DNA of 62,613 nucleotides, filler included, from Deltaproteobacteria bacterium (GCA_016283195.1; 6 parts of 6 records of this genome joined end to end with filler, not necessarily neighbours in it); one strand, 5' to 3'. Positions 38,772 to 49,504 are shown, counted from the whole stretch's first letter. Notes: generated by a model from the sequence alone, not told the origin. Translations and numbers: made by a program.

Positions 38772-39299
38772 ATGCGCCGCCAGACTTTTAAAACACTAAG
38801 TGTCGGCATTTTATTGGCGCTCTCTTTAGTTCCTGCCTGCAAAGACCCGGATGCCGAAGATATTGCCGCCGCTCTGCCCTGCGTCTATGACGATTTGAAT
38901 GCGTGCGGTTTTGCCAAAGCGGTAGTCAACCGGGTGGTTGACGGCGATACCATAGAGCTTGATACAGGCGAAAAAGTGCGTTTTTTACTGGTAAACACAC
39001 CGGAAAGCACCACCAAACACGAATGTTTCGGCGAAGAAGCTAAGGAATTTACCAGAGCGCTATTAGAAGGCCAGACAGTCTATCTTGAATATGACCAAAA
39101 ATGTACTGAAAAATATGGCCGCCTTTTGGCCTATATCTGCTTTAACGGCACCATGGTCAATAAAACACTTATTGAGCGCGGTTATGCCGATTTTTACCCC
39201 TATGATAATACGCCTTACAAATACCGCGAGGAATTTAAAGAGCTGGAAGAAGGGGCTAAGGCGGCAAAAGCGGGAAAATGGGGCGCCTGCCTTGAATAA
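38772..39299 (+). CDS. Thermonuclease (SNase-like) lipoprotein
   Basis: VVDGDTI, VR...NTPE, KYGRLLAY, N..LI..GYA, A.....G.W. Confidence 0.92.
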   Translation: MRRQTFKTLSVGILLALSLVPACKDPDAEDIAAALPCVYDDLNACGFAKAVVNRVVDGDTIELDTGEKVRFLLVNTPESTTKHECFGEEAKEFTRALLEGQTVYLEYDQKCTEKYGRLLAYICFNGTMVNKTLIERGYADFYPYDNTPYKYREEFKELEEGAKAAKAGKWGACLE

Positions 39300-39379
39300 A
39301 CTATTGCCAAAATCCTATTAGACGGTTACTCTAACCCAACATTTTGTGGCTCGGCCACAACTAACCAAAGGAGTTTTAA

Positions 39380-39757
39380 ATGAATCCACAAAGGTTTTTT
39401 ATCTGCAAGCGCTGCGGAAACATTGTCGCCATGGTTAAATCGAGCGGCGTGCCGGTAATGTGTTGCGGTGCCAAAATGGAAGAAATCATCCCCGGCACCA
39501 GCGATGCTTCTTTGGAAAAACATGTGCCGGTTATCTCCATAAACGGCCACCTGGTGACGGTTAAAGTAGGTTCTGTGGCTCACCCCATGGCCGAAGAGCA
39601 CTATATTGAGTGGATCTCTTTGCAAACCAAGCAAGGCAATCAGCGCAAATTATTAAAACCCGGAGATGCGCCGGAAGTAACTTTCGCCATCACCGCTGGC
39701 GATGAAGTAGAAGCCGCTTATGCCTATTGCAACCTGCACGGTCTCTGGAAAGCCTGA
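39380..39757 (+). CDS. dfx: Desulfoferrodoxin (superoxide reductase)
   Basis: C..CGN, CCG..M, EKHVP, HPM..EH.IEW, YCNLHGLW. Confidence 0.95.
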   Translation: MNPQRFFICKRCGNIVAMVKSSGVPVMCCGAKMEEIIPGTSDASLEKHVPVISINGHLVTVKVGSVAHPMAEEHYIEWISLQTKQGNQRKLLKPGDAPEVTFAITAGDEVEAAYAYCNLHGLWKA

Positions 39758-39864
39758 CTATTACCACCAAACCGCCCAATAACTTAAGCGCACCGGCTGA
39801 TACATTTCGAAATTGTCAAAATGCTTTTCCCTTATTATAATGCGCCCCTAGCGGAGGTGCCATA

Positions 39865-40677
39865 GTGCCCGGAGAAAGTTCACATCATGAGAGCGCGGCG
39901 CTCATAGAGCTCCCTGAGGGCGCCACCCACGTTTGGTATGCCCACCCGCGCGCGCTCTCCCATGAAGATGAACTGGATCTTCTTTACACCGTGCTCTCAC
40001 CGGCCGAGCAAGCTCGCTATTGGCGTTTTTTTGCCCCCAAAGTGCGCCAGGAGTTTTGCGCCGCCCATGCCATGCTGCGTTTGGTTTTAAGCCGCTACCT
40101 GCCGGTTTTACCTTCAGAGTGGCAATTTACCTACGCCGAAAACGGCCGCCCATATATCTCCTGGCCGCTGGATACAGGCCTCCATTTTAATTTGACTCAC
40201 ACTGCCGGCCTGGTGGCCTGTGTCATCAGCCACGAGCCTTTAATCGGCATAGATGTGGAAAATATCGAGCGCGAAATCGGCCACGAAGCCATTGCCGAAC
40301 GCATCTTTTCCCGCAAGGAGCTGGAGGAATTTGATGCCACAGCCAAATCGGTAAAGGGCCATTTTTTCTTTACTATCTGGACACTTAAAGAGGCCTTTAC
40401 CAAGGCTCTGGGCCTGGGGCTATCCATGCCGGTGCAAGAGCTCTCCTTTCATGTAGAGCCGGGTGAAGTTTGCTTTAACCACAGCGGAGCCATTCCTCTG
40501 CCGCCGGAGTGGCAATTCGATCTGCACGATATCGGCCATCACCGCCTGGCTGTAGCCCAGAGCGGCCGCGAACTCAATGTCACTTATAATGAACTTAGTT
40601 GGTCTAAGTACCGCGCCGTCAAACAGCGCTACCTTCTATTAACTGCGCCATTTGCCGAAGGGACTCAAGATCGTTAA
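39865..40677 (+). CDS. Sfp-type 4'-phosphopantetheinyl transferase
   Basis: GRP, FNLTHT, IGIDVE, WTLKEA..KALG.G. Confidence 0.92.
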   Translation: MPGESSHHESAALIELPEGATHVWYAHPRALSHEDELDLLYTVLSPAEQARYWRFFAPKVRQEFCAAHAMLRLVLSRYLPVLPSEWQFTYAENGRPYISWPLDTGLHFNLTHTAGLVACVISHEPLIGIDVENIEREIGHEAIAERIFSRKELEEFDATAKSVKGHFFFTIWTLKEAFTKALGLGLSMPVQELSFHVEPGEVCFNHSGAIPLPPEWQFDLHDIGHHRLAVAQSGRELNVTYNELSWSKYRAVKQRYLLLTAPFAEGTQDR

Positions 40678-41731
40678 CCCCGCCGTTAATTACCGGCAGT
40701 GTAACTAAAAACTCCCCATTTTTAAGTGTTGAAGCCAGTTTTTTATACTGCTCCTCCTGCCACTCTATCTGGCTTTCCTCGCGGGCTGCCAAATATTCCA
40801 ATTCATCCATAGCCCGGGGAGCAAGTTTTAGAGGCGGATGAACCTCGCTGGGCCAGGAATAGGTGCGGTGCTCTAAGAGACTGCGATTAAAAATATAGCC
40901 GCTAAGCGGCAATTCCAGCTCACTAAGGCTTTTATTGCCGAAATAGTTGGCTTCATCCAAGGCTTCCTGCGCCGGCGTGGTCACCACCACAAAAGAGGTG
41001 CTTTTATCCCTGAAAAGCTTTTGTATCTCCTTAGCATTACTGCCGAGGCGGTCCAAAATATGAGAAAAAAGGTCTAAAAAGGCGAGTAAATCCTGCCTGG
41101 CTTCCGTACCAAAGGCCACATCAAGCACCGCATGCACCATTTTTAGGGAGGCGCGGCGCAAAAGCGAGGCTTCATCAGGCACAAAAAAGCGCAACATTCG
41201 CCCATCCAAAAAACGGCTGATGCGCCGGGGCGCCGAAAGAAAATTCAGGGCGTTGCGCGATGGCGGTGTATCGAGAATAATTAAATCATAACGGCCACTT
41301 TCGGTAAATTCATACATAGCCTGCACCGCTGTGTATTCCTGCATACCGGCCACCATAGCCGAAACATTGCGGTACATGGGATTATTTAAAAGGCGCTCGC
41401 GCTCTTCGGGGTTTTTCGCTAGGCGGCGCACTACTCTATCGGAAACAATTTGCGGATCGAGCAGCCAGACGTGCAATTCGCCGCTACCGCTAATACCCAC
41501 AATTTTCCGCCTGGCCGCATCAAGAGGCAGAGGCTCTTCCAAAGAGCGGGCCACCCCCAGAGTCTCAGCCAGGCGCCGTGCCGGATCGATGGTAACTACT
41601 AAAGTACGCCGCCCGGCTCTGGCCGCCGCCAGAGCCATGGAAGCACTAACAGACGTTTTGCCCGCCCCACCGGCTCCGCAACAGACAATTATGCGCTGCT
41701 GCTTTAAAATATGCTTAAGCGGAGCTGTCAT
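40619..41731 (-). CDS. ArsA/Get3-family ATPase (subunit B-like)
   Basis: CCGAGGAGKT, TIDPARRLA, LDTPPSRNAL.FL.AP. Confidence 0.88.
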   Translation of the reverse strand: MTAPLKHILKQQRIIVCCGAGGAGKTSVSASMALAAARAGRRTLVVTIDPARRLAETLGVARSLEEPLPLDAARRKIVGISGSGELHVWLLDPQIVSDRVVRRLAKNPEERERLLNNPMYRNVSAMVAGMQEYTAVQAMYEFTESGRYDLIILDTPPSRNALNFLSAPRRISRFLDGRMLRFFVPDEASLLRRASLKMVHAVLDVAFGTEARQDLLAFLDLFSHILDRLGSNAKEIQKLFRDKSTSFVVVTTPAQEALDEANYFGNKSLSELELPLSGYIFNRSLLEHRTYSWPSEVHPPLKLAPRAMDELEYLAAREESQIEWQEEQYKKLASTLKNGEFLVTLPVINGGVNDLESLRQMAQLIEGSAV

Positions 41732-42636
41732 AATAGTACCTCGCGGAGTTCATCGGCCACGTCATTCACCAGTAAAGGGCCATCTGTTGCAAAATCATGA
41801 ATTATAATAAGCGGCAGCTCCGGACATTCGGCCGTAAGACGCGCTCTTGAACGCCCGCTCTGTCTAAGGCGAGTAAGCTCATAACGGCCGAGGATTTCAG
41901 GAGTTTTTGCTAGTTTTTCATCAAGAGCGGCCAATTCTTTTGCGCTTAAAGTACTTTCCACCAGGCGGTTCATAATAATACCGCCCACCGGCACATTGGT
42001 GGCTTTTAAGCCGCCTACCAGCTCCAAAGACTCACTAACCGGCAACTCTTCCGGCAGAGTGACCACATAACTATGACAAAAATAATCGCTATTTAAATAG
42101 CTCTCTCCCTCAAGGAGGGCACTTGCCACCGGCCCGCGCTTTATCATGCGCTTTAAGAGAGTGGGCAGACCGGTGAGCGCCAAAGCATGGCCGGTAGCCG
42201 GCAAATCAACAATAATATGGCGATAACGCGGCTCATTACTCCCGGGCGCCCGCTCTTTAATGAGCATAAGCAAGTGGTAAAACCAGCCCATCTCGGCAAA
42301 AGAGGGGGCTGTTTGCATAAATGTCTGCAAAGCTGATGATTTCAAAGCGGCGCCAAGCAAGGCTCCGCCTGGTATGGATTTGCGCAAAAAGGCCTCGTGG
42401 CCGACTGCCGGCGTTAAATGGCAAGCCAGGAGTCCGGGGGCAATTTTTTGCGGCCCGGCCGTAAAGTTATCCCGGCCGAAGATACGCGCCAAAGGCGAGT
42501 GCCCCCCCTCCGGAGCCCCCATATCACAAAGAAGTACATCCGCTTTTTCGCTAAGCACTTTGGAGAGGGCTGCGCAAATTACCGTGCGCCCCACTCCGCC
42601 TTTGCCGGTAATAAGTATAATGCGATCTTTAAGCAT
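41728..42636 (-). CDS. ArsA/Get3-family ATPase (subunit A-like)
   Basis: TGKGGVGRT, VDLPATGH, VTLPEELPV.E. Confidence 0.88.
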   Translation of the reverse strand: MLKDRIILITGKGGVGRTVICAALSKVLSEKADVLLCDMGAPEGGHSPLARIFGRDNFTAGPQKIAPGLLACHLTPAVGHEAFLRKSIPGGALLGAALKSSALQTFMQTAPSFAEMGWFYHLLMLIKERAPGSNEPRYRHIIVDLPATGHALALTGLPTLLKRMIKRGPVASALLEGESYLNSDYFCHSYVVTLPEELPVSESLELVGGLKATNVPVGGIIMNRLVESTLSAKELAALDEKLAKTPEILGRYELTRLRQSGRSRARLTAECPELPLIIIHDFATDGPLLVNDVADELREVLL

Positions 42637-42688
42637 CGCCGCCTCCCGGAGGGAGTGATATACCTAAATGAAATTATGTTCAAGGCAG

Positions 42689-43204
42689 CTATTCGGAATC
42701 GGTTAAACAATCAGGCGAATCTTTTTCCACTGCGGTATCGCCGCAACTGGCAAAACTCCAATAAGATATTTTATAGCCTTCATGACATTTTTCATGCCTG
42801 GTGGCCGTTTCCGGGCAATGGTATTCTTTATCTAAAATACAAGTAGGCGCACCAGCGGCCTCGGAGCAAATACCTTTTTGATTATATGAAAAACCTGCGG
42901 CTTCCTGGATTACTTGCTCATATTTAAGGCAGGAAACCGTCTCAAAAGTAGTATAGCCGTCTTTGGAGCAGGCCCTATCGGCATGGCGGATAACTATATC
43001 TTTGCCATCACAATAAGTCGAAATAGCCCGTTCGCTATCTTCACAAATGCCGTCTTCATGATTAGCTTCTTTAGCGCTAGGGGTATCAGAAGAGCTATCC
43101 GGTGTTTTCTCTGCCTGCTTTTCCGGCTCTTTCTCCGGATTGCCGCAAGCCGCGCTGCCAATGGCCAGCAAAGTGGTTATAAGAAAAAAGCTTTTTATCT
43201 TCAT
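42689..43204 (-). CDS. Cys-rich lipoprotein, hypothetical
   Basis: Lipobox SAAC; many paired Cys. Confidence 0.6.
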   Translation of the reverse strand: MKIKSFFLITTLLAIGSAACGNPEKEPEKQAEKTPDSSSDTPSAKEANHEDGICEDSERAISTYCDGKDIVIRHADRACSKDGYTTFETVSCLKYEQVIQEAAGFSYNQKGICSEAAGAPTCILDKEYHCPETATRHEKCHEGYKISYWSFASCGDTAVEKDSPDCLTDSE

Positions 43205-43364
43205 CTTGTTCTCCGCATAAAGTTTTAAGGCCTACATAGCCTAGGTTCCAGTTTTTCCTACCTTATAAAGGCTTTTATGGCAATGGGTTATCATGCCATC
43301 TTGCGTTTAAATACCTTTTGTGTTTATTAGCTCATGGGGTTTTATGCCCTAAGGCAGGTAAATT

Positions 43365-44315
43365 ATGCAAAAAAGAGTTCTCTATATTGCCCTTGTTTTT
43401 TCCCTAATGGCTGCTTGTCAAAAGCCCAAAGAAGAGCCTGTGCCCCAAAAAGTGCTGGCTATCGCTACAGTAAACGGCACCGCTATCCCCTTTGAAACCT
43501 TTAAAAAAGCCTATTTAGCCGAGCGCCTTGATTTACAAAATGCCGATGGGCCGGTGGCTTCGGCCCGTCAGTTACAAAAAGAAAATATTTTGCAAAATAA
43601 GATAGATGAGCTCCTTTTGCTCGATGCCGCCAAAAAATTGCAAATAAAAGTCAAAGATGAAGAGCTCGAGGAATATTTTAAAATAGTCACTTCCGGTTTT
43701 GATGCCGCCGCGCTGGAAAATGAGATAGCTGCCCGCGGGCAAACTCTCGCCTCTTTTAAAGATACATTGCGCAAAAACCTCACTATCAGCCACTATTTAA
43801 CTCAAGAGGTCTATGCCCGCGTCGATGTCAGCGAAGAGGAGCTTTTGGCCAGTTACCAGGCACACCCGGAAAAATACACCCAAATGGAAGCCATCAAGTT
43901 GCGCCAGATTTTGGTGCCCGGGGAGGCCTTGGCTCAGGAAGTGCACGAGTCGCTCGGAAAAGGCACAAAATTTGAAGATGCGGCCGCCAAATATTCCATA
44001 GCCTCTGAGTCTTACCAGGGCGGCGATATGGGCTGGATTAGGCGCGGCAATTTGCCACAAAATATTGAAGATGTTGTTTTTTCACTAAAAACAGGCACTA
44101 TCAGCCCGGTAGTTCCCTCGGATTACGGCTACCATATTTTTCTGGTTGAGGCCCATACCCCGGCCAAAGAGCTTAAATTTGACCAGGTAAAAGCGGCTAT
44201 TGAGCGCGATGTGCGAGCCCAAAAAGAGCAAGAAGCGCAAAACACACTCATGGAAACGCTGCACAGCGCGGCGAGTATCACCATAAACAAGCAGCTTTTA
44301 GAACAACTTGATTAA
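43365..44315 (+). CDS. Parvulin-type peptidyl-prolyl isomerase lipoprotein (PrsA/SurA-like)
   Basis: ATVNG, F...A.KYS, GGD.GW, S.YGYHI. Confidence 0.88.
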   Translation: MQKRVLYIALVFSLMAACQKPKEEPVPQKVLAIATVNGTAIPFETFKKAYLAERLDLQNADGPVASARQLQKENILQNKIDELLLLDAAKKLQIKVKDEELEEYFKIVTSGFDAAALENEIAARGQTLASFKDTLRKNLTISHYLTQEVYARVDVSEEELLASYQAHPEKYTQMEAIKLRQILVPGEALAQEVHESLGKGTKFEDAAAKYSIASESYQGGDMGWIRRGNLPQNIEDVVFSLKTGTISPVVPSDYGYHIFLVEAHTPAKELKFDQVKAAIERDVRAQKEQEAQNTLMETLHSAASITINKQLLEQLD

Positions 44316-44327
44316 AGGTTTTTAATA

Positions 44328-45260
44328 ATGAATTCGCTGGCTTTATTTACTTGCCTTGCCCTTTTAAGCGCCCCGAAACCGCTACTTGTTGATCGCATTG
44401 TAGCCATTGTGGAAGACGAAATTATCACCATGCGCGACCTCTTGAAAAGTCTCCCGCCTTCCGCCGATTTGGCCAATATTGAGCCGATGTTACAAGAAAT
44501 TTTAGAGCAAAAAATAGACGAAGCGCTCTTAAAAAAAGAGGCCCAAAACGCCGGCGAACAATTGCAGGTAAACGAAACCGATGTTGATAAAGCCATCCAG
44601 GAAATAATGAACATGAATCATTTAACCGAGGAGCAGCTTAAAGAGGCGCTTCTAAGGCAGGGCATTGTTTGGAGTGATTATCGCCGGCAAATAAGAGAGC
44701 AAATAGAGCGCATGCGGCTCATTCAATATAAAGTAGCTTCCAGAGTGGCCATTAGCCGCCAGGCTGTTTTGGCCGCTTGCGAGGCTAAAACCGGCACTGC
44801 CCAGGTCTCCAGTGTGGAACTGGCACACATTTTAATTAAAGCCGATGAATTATCCGCCGGCGCCGAACTGGCGGCAGCCCGTGAAAAGGCGCAAACAGCT
44901 TATGAAAAATTAAGTTCCGGCCTGCCGTGGGAAGAGGCGGTGGCCCTCTATTCCGATGATAAAGGCGGCGGCGACGGGCGCCTGGGCTCCTTTAGTCGCG
45001 GGCAAATTTTTGATGAAGTTGAGCAGGTGGCCTTTCAGCTGGAAAAGGGCGAATTTTCCGCTCCGGTGCGCACTCCACTCGGTTTTCACATTATCAAAGT
45101 GTTAAATCGCCAAATTGATTCGGCCGATCGCTGCCACGATGAAGCTTTTTTAAATACTTTGCAAAATCAGCTCTATCAGGAAGAGCATGATCGGCAGCTA
45201 AAAGCCTTTATGGAAAGTTTACACCGCAAAGCCTTTATCGAAATGCGGCCCTTGCTCTAG
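44328..45260 (+). CDS. surA: SurA-like chaperone/PPIase
   Basis: DRIVAIV..EIIT, HILI, G.LG, PVRTPLGFHIIK. Confidence 0.82.
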   Translation: MNSLALFTCLALLSAPKPLLVDRIVAIVEDEIITMRDLLKSLPPSADLANIEPMLQEILEQKIDEALLKKEAQNAGEQLQVNETDVDKAIQEIMNMNHLTEEQLKEALLRQGIVWSDYRRQIREQIERMRLIQYKVASRVAISRQAVLAACEAKTGTAQVSSVELAHILIKADELSAGAELAAAREKAQTAYEKLSSGLPWEEAVALYSDDKGGGDGRLGSFSRGQIFDEVEQVAFQLEKGEFSAPVRTPLGFHIIKVLNRQIDSADRCHDEAFLNTLQNQLYQEEHDRQLKAFMESLHRKAFIEMRPLL

Positions 45261-45281
45261 TCTAGCCCAAGTCAAAGCCCG

Positions 45282-46261
45282 ATGAGCGACCTGCCGATTT
45301 GCCAGATTATCCCGGAATTACTGGATAAATTAAAGGTCAATTCTACCATCATCCTAAGCGCGCCGCCCGGCACCGGCAAAAGTAGCGAGCTGCCGGCAGT
45401 CATCTATGAAAAAGCTGGTCTCACCGGCAAAATACTCATTTTAGAGCCCCGGCGCATGGCGGCCCGCGCTCTGGCTAGGCGCCTGGCCTGGCGCCTAAAT
45501 TGCCCTTTGGGTGATGTGGTTGGCTTTAGTGTGCGCCATGAAAAACTTGTTTCGGCGAAAACGCAAATAGAGGTGCTGACTGAAGGCGTTTTAACGCGCC
45601 GCCTGCTTAACGACCCTTTTTTGGAAGATGTGGCCCTGGTTATTTTGGATGAATTTCACGAAAGATCGGCCGAGGCCGATTTGGCCCTGGCCGCGCTTCG
45701 CGAAGCGCAGCAAATTAGTCCTTTAAAAATTATCATTATGTCGGCCACTATAGACCAAAAGCTGGCTGCTTATCTGCCGGAAGCCGGCCAGGTTAATCTC
45801 AATTATGAGCCCTTTCCACTAACTATCACCTATTTGCCGCAAGAGGCCGGCACACCGCTGGAAAGGCAAATATATCATGGTGTTAAAGCTCTAATAAATG
45901 ATGAGCGCGATGACGGCGGCGATATTTTGGCCTTTTTGCCCGGCCAGCGGGAAATTGAAAATACCGCCGTTTTTTTGCAAAAATGCGAACTTTGCCGCGA
46001 TATGGTCATCGGAACACTTTATGGCAACTTGCCCGCCGCTCGGCAGGACAGCATCTTAAATGCCGAAACTCTGCCCAAAGAGCGGCGCCTGATTCTCGCC
46101 ACCAATATTGCCGAAACTTCGCTTACCGTGCCGCGCGTTAGGGCTGTTATTGATAGCGGTTTGCAAAAAAATGCCCAATATGATCCCTATAGCGGCCTGC
46201 CGCGCCTTAGCACCGGCCGCGCCAGCCGGGCGGCGGCCACCCAGCGGGCCGGGCGGGCGGC
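45282..46261 (+). CDS. hrpB: ATP-dependent helicase HrpB, N-terminal part (truncated)
   Basis: APPGTGKS, EPRR.AAR, DEFHER, MSAT, FLPG, ATNIAETSLT, QRAGRA. Confidence 0.92.
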
Positions 46262-46361
46262 NNNNNNNNNNNNNNNNNNNNNNNNNNNNNNNNNNNNNNN
46301 NNNNNTTAATTAATTAANNNNNNNNNNNNNNNNNNNNNNNNNNNNNNNNNNNNNNNNNNNN
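46262..46361. other. Artificial contig linker
   Basis: N44-TTAATTAATTAA-N44. Confidence 0.99.
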
Positions 46362-46434
46362 CTCGCTCATGCATCTCTCCTGGGTATTGGGTGGGGTGTT
46401 AACTTAAGTATTTTTAAAGTATTTTTTATTATAA

Positions 46435-48096
46435 TCAGATTGTTGGAATAGTATAAAGCACAAAGGTGACCATATCTTCATCGTTAAGGCAGCTATTGAT
46501 TTTTTCGCGCACATTTTCGGTGATATCTTCGCCTTTATCATTAAAGCGCCGGCCTTCAAGATCCCGCCAATAACATATCCGTTTGCATTCTGGTCTGCCG
46601 CTTAAGTTTAGGAGACATTGCTTTACATCCAGATCGATGGAATCTAATTCCGCGCTATTTCCTATAGAAGCGCCCAGTAGAAGTTGGTCAAAAGCCGGTA
46701 GTAATGTTTCCGCAGCCTCTTTTTTTAAGGCTTCGGCGCTGGATAATTTTTTGCCACTATTTAACTGCTTTCTTAAAATATTAATCGGTTTGCTGTTCCC
46801 CAACAGAAATTGATTTAGGGCCGGTGCCACGCCGGTTTTAAAGGCTTCAAATACCGGAGTGCGCTGATTAATGCAACGATCATTTTCGCAAGCCATGAGC
46901 GACCAGTTGCTGATTCTATAACCCTCATATTTTAGTGCTACATTGCTTTGGGGCATCCGGCCATACCGCGATTGCAAATTGTAGATGGCTTGGGCTACAT
47001 TCCCTATGTCATCAGCATCGGGGTCAATGCTGTCTCTCATATTGGCATATACCGGTTTTGGAAACATATATGTATAAGATTTATCAGAACTATACCGGCA
47101 GTCGCTATTGGCTTCACATGGAGAGCCAGGCAGATCTTTAACACATTGTTGCCATGGTAAATAGCAGTGTTTGCTGGCGCAGGTTTCATCGGCCACGCAG
47201 GGGCTTCCTTGGCCCTTAATATTGGCTGCATTACCGGTAACGCATTGAGACCACTCGCTAAAGCAGTAACCTTTTAGGCAATCGCTATCTTTTTGGCATT
47301 TACTGCCGGCTCCTTTTTGGTCACTTAGAAGCGGTTTTTCACATTTGCTTGTAAGGCTGTTGCAGGCGAGATTGGCCAGACACTCGGCATTACTGCGACA
47401 ATCTTGCCCGATATTCCCTTTATTCTCACATTTTTTGCTTGCCAGCTTGCAAATAAGATTATTATTACAATCATCTGATGTATTGCATTTTGCATTTAGC
47501 ATTCCGCTTTGGCAAAAGCCAATGCCATTATTACTATCTTCATCTTCATCTTCATCTTCATCACCTTTATCGTCATTATAAGCTATCTCAAAAACGCAAT
47601 GGGAATTTTTGGAACAATGCTTATCTTTAGTGCAAATGTTGGACAACTGATAATCGCCTTGATAGGGTTTACCATTATAGAGCTTCACGCAGCCTAAAAC
47701 AGGATTACATTCCTGACCAATCTGGCAATCTTCCGCGCCCATGCAGTTGCGGCCTTTAGATATTTTGTTGCCGCAAATTTTTCCGGCCAGGCAAATTTTC
47801 GTTTCACAGTCATCATTATTTTGACAGGGGGTTAATAGGTCACCCATAGTGCCTCTTTCGGTACATATATGATTGTAGGCATGGCAATAAAGATCGCTGT
47901 TGCAATCATTATTTGCCTGGCAGCTTCCTCCGACATTTTTGGGCTCTAAGCAGCGGTTCTCACGGCAAATCAAGCCATTTTTGCAGTGGATGTCTGCTTG
48001 ACAACGTTCTCCGATATTTCTTTGGGGACTGCTAAATGCGCTTTGTGTCTCCAGTAATACTAAAAGAAAACATGCTGATTTAATTATGTTATTCAT
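46435..48096 (-). CDS. Secreted Cys-rich repeat protein (Dickkopf-like C..D.DC...L.C repeats)
   Basis: Signal-like N-terminus from ATG 48096; about ten G..C....DC....C....C units. Confidence 0.7.
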   Translation of the reverse strand: MNNIIKSACFLLVLLETQSAFSSPQRNIGERCQADIHCKNGLICRENRCLEPKNVGGSCQANNDCNSDLYCHAYNHICTERGTMGDLLTPCQNNDDCETKICLAGKICGNKISKGRNCMGAEDCQIGQECNPVLGCVKLYNGKPYQGDYQLSNICTKDKHCSKNSHCVFEIAYNDDKGDEDEDEDEDSNNGIGFCQSGMLNAKCNTSDDCNNNLICKLASKKCENKGNIGQDCRSNAECLANLACNSLTSKCEKPLLSDQKGAGSKCQKDSDCLKGYCFSEWSQCVTGNAANIKGQGSPCVADETCASKHCYLPWQQCVKDLPGSPCEANSDCRYSSDKSYTYMFPKPVYANMRDSIDPDADDIGNVAQAIYNLQSRYGRMPQSNVALKYEGYRISNWSLMACENDRCINQRTPVFEAFKTGVAPALNQFLLGNSKPINILRKQLNSGKKLSSAEALKKEAAETLLPAFDQLLLGASIGNSAELDSIDLDVKQCLLNLSGRPECKRICYWRDLEGRRFNDKGEDITENVREKINSCLNDEDMVTFVLYTIPTI

Positions 48097-48411
48097 AGTA
48101 CTCTCCAATGACGTATTAGTGCTTTTCTTGTGTTTGTTTTTGATTTTGTACTGGGGCTTTTCCCAATAGTGAATTCGAGTTATTAGCGTTTGGCTGGGGG
48201 GCTGATGCAGTTTTGCTGCCGCCACTTAGCAAAGTTAAAAAGCAGAATATGGTATTTAAAAAGACGAGTAAAAGAGTCCAAGCTTGCATATCAAATGCGC
48301 TAAATCCAAATAACAGTAGTATGCTATACAACATATTGTTTCTCCTCTGCCCTTATGGGCCGTTATGGCGCACCCCGCGCTTAATTACTTTAAATACATG
48401 TAGTTACGCCG

Positions 48412-48615
48412 CTAATAGAGCCTGGACTGGATCTCCTTGCGCTTCTCCTCCCAGCTTTTTTCGGCGGCGGCCAGTGCTTCCTGATATTCCTCATAAGCCG
48501 CTCGATATTCCTTAGCCAGAGCCTCCTTTCTGGCCTTATCTTGGGCGCTTTCCTTGGTGACCGGGGAATTTTGCGCCGCTTGTTCCGCGCTACCTTCTTT
48601 CGTTTTCTTCTTCAT
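48412..48615 (-). CDS. Small charged helical hypothetical protein
   Basis: AAGGAGG SD; consensus promoter upstream. Confidence 0.65.
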   Translation of the reverse strand: MKKKTKEGSAEQAAQNSPVTKESAQDKARKEALAKEYRAAYEEYQEALAAAEKSWEEKRKEIQSRLY

Positions 48616-48646
48616 TGCCGAATGCCTCCTTAAACATTCTGATAGT

Positions 48647-48682
48647 ATTATAACAACATTTATATAATATGTCAATACTAAA
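48647..48682 (-). promoter_or_regulatory. Consensus sigma70 promoter
   Basis: TTGACA-17 bp-TATAAT with TG extension. Confidence 0.8.
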
Positions 48683-48742
48683 TTCTCGACAGTAGAATAT
48701 TATTCTGTAAGGCGGCGGATTAAAGAGAGAATTTGGCCTTTC

Positions 48743-49504
48743 TTAGAGCAGCACGCCCTCGTGGTAGAGCGGTATATACTTGGCCGAGCTCAGATTTTTG
48801 TAGCCAAAATCGCTGTGCCAGTGGCCGAAAAACCACTTTTTGTAGGTGATTAAGTTGTCTATTTTATTATTAAAAACCACATTGGGGTCTTTTAGTAGCT
48901 CGTTGGGGCCTGGTGCTGTGGCCAGAGCTTGGTACAAAGTCATTATGCCGGCGCTGGGTCCGGTGTGGGAGAGCACATAATCAAACTTTCGGCCATGCTG
49001 CCCTATTTTTGCCAGGCAGGCCGCCTCTTCCTCAGCGCTCCATACTTCCTTGGTCCACCGATTCTCGTGCGGGCGCGGGTGGGCTGCTATGCCGCTCGAA
49101 GCACCGCCAAGCACCAAAAAGCTCTGGCCTTCAATTTGGTAAATATTACCGCGTATTAGATAAAAAATATTGCTGCTTACCTGTAAAACAGTTTGGCCGA
49201 ACATTTCTACTTGCGGCAGCTTTCCCAGCATGTCGTAATTATCGTGATTACCCATAAGTGCCAGAATCTTAAAGGGTTTTTTGTTGTACCACTCTAATAG
49301 ATGCCGATCGCTGCGCTCGCTTGGATGGATGCCATCGCGGCCAATAAAGCACTCATGCCATGGCAGGCCGAAATCACCCAGCACAATGGCAGCGCTGATG
49401 GTGCTATAAGCGGCTTTTTGTTCCAGGCAGCAGAGCTCCATATTCTCCTTGGAAAGGTTATCTTTATCTTGAGTGTTGTGGGTGTCGCCGGTTATGTAGA
49501 GCAT
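48743..49504 (-). CDS. Calcineurin-like metallophosphoesterase
   Basis: GDTH, GDFG, GNHD, HT.P, FGHWH. Confidence 0.88.
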   Translation of the reverse strand: MLYITGDTHNTQDKDNLSKENMELCCLEQKAAYSTISAAIVLGDFGLPWHECFIGRDGIHPSERSDRHLLEWYNKKPFKILALMGNHDNYDMLGKLPQVEMFGQTVLQVSSNIFYLIRGNIYQIEGQSFLVLGGASSGIAAHPRPHENRWTKEVWSAEEEAACLAKIGQHGRKFDYVLSHTGPSAGIMTLYQALATAPGPNELLKDPNVVFNNKIDNLITYKKWFFGHWHSDFGYKNLSSAKYIPLYHEGVLL

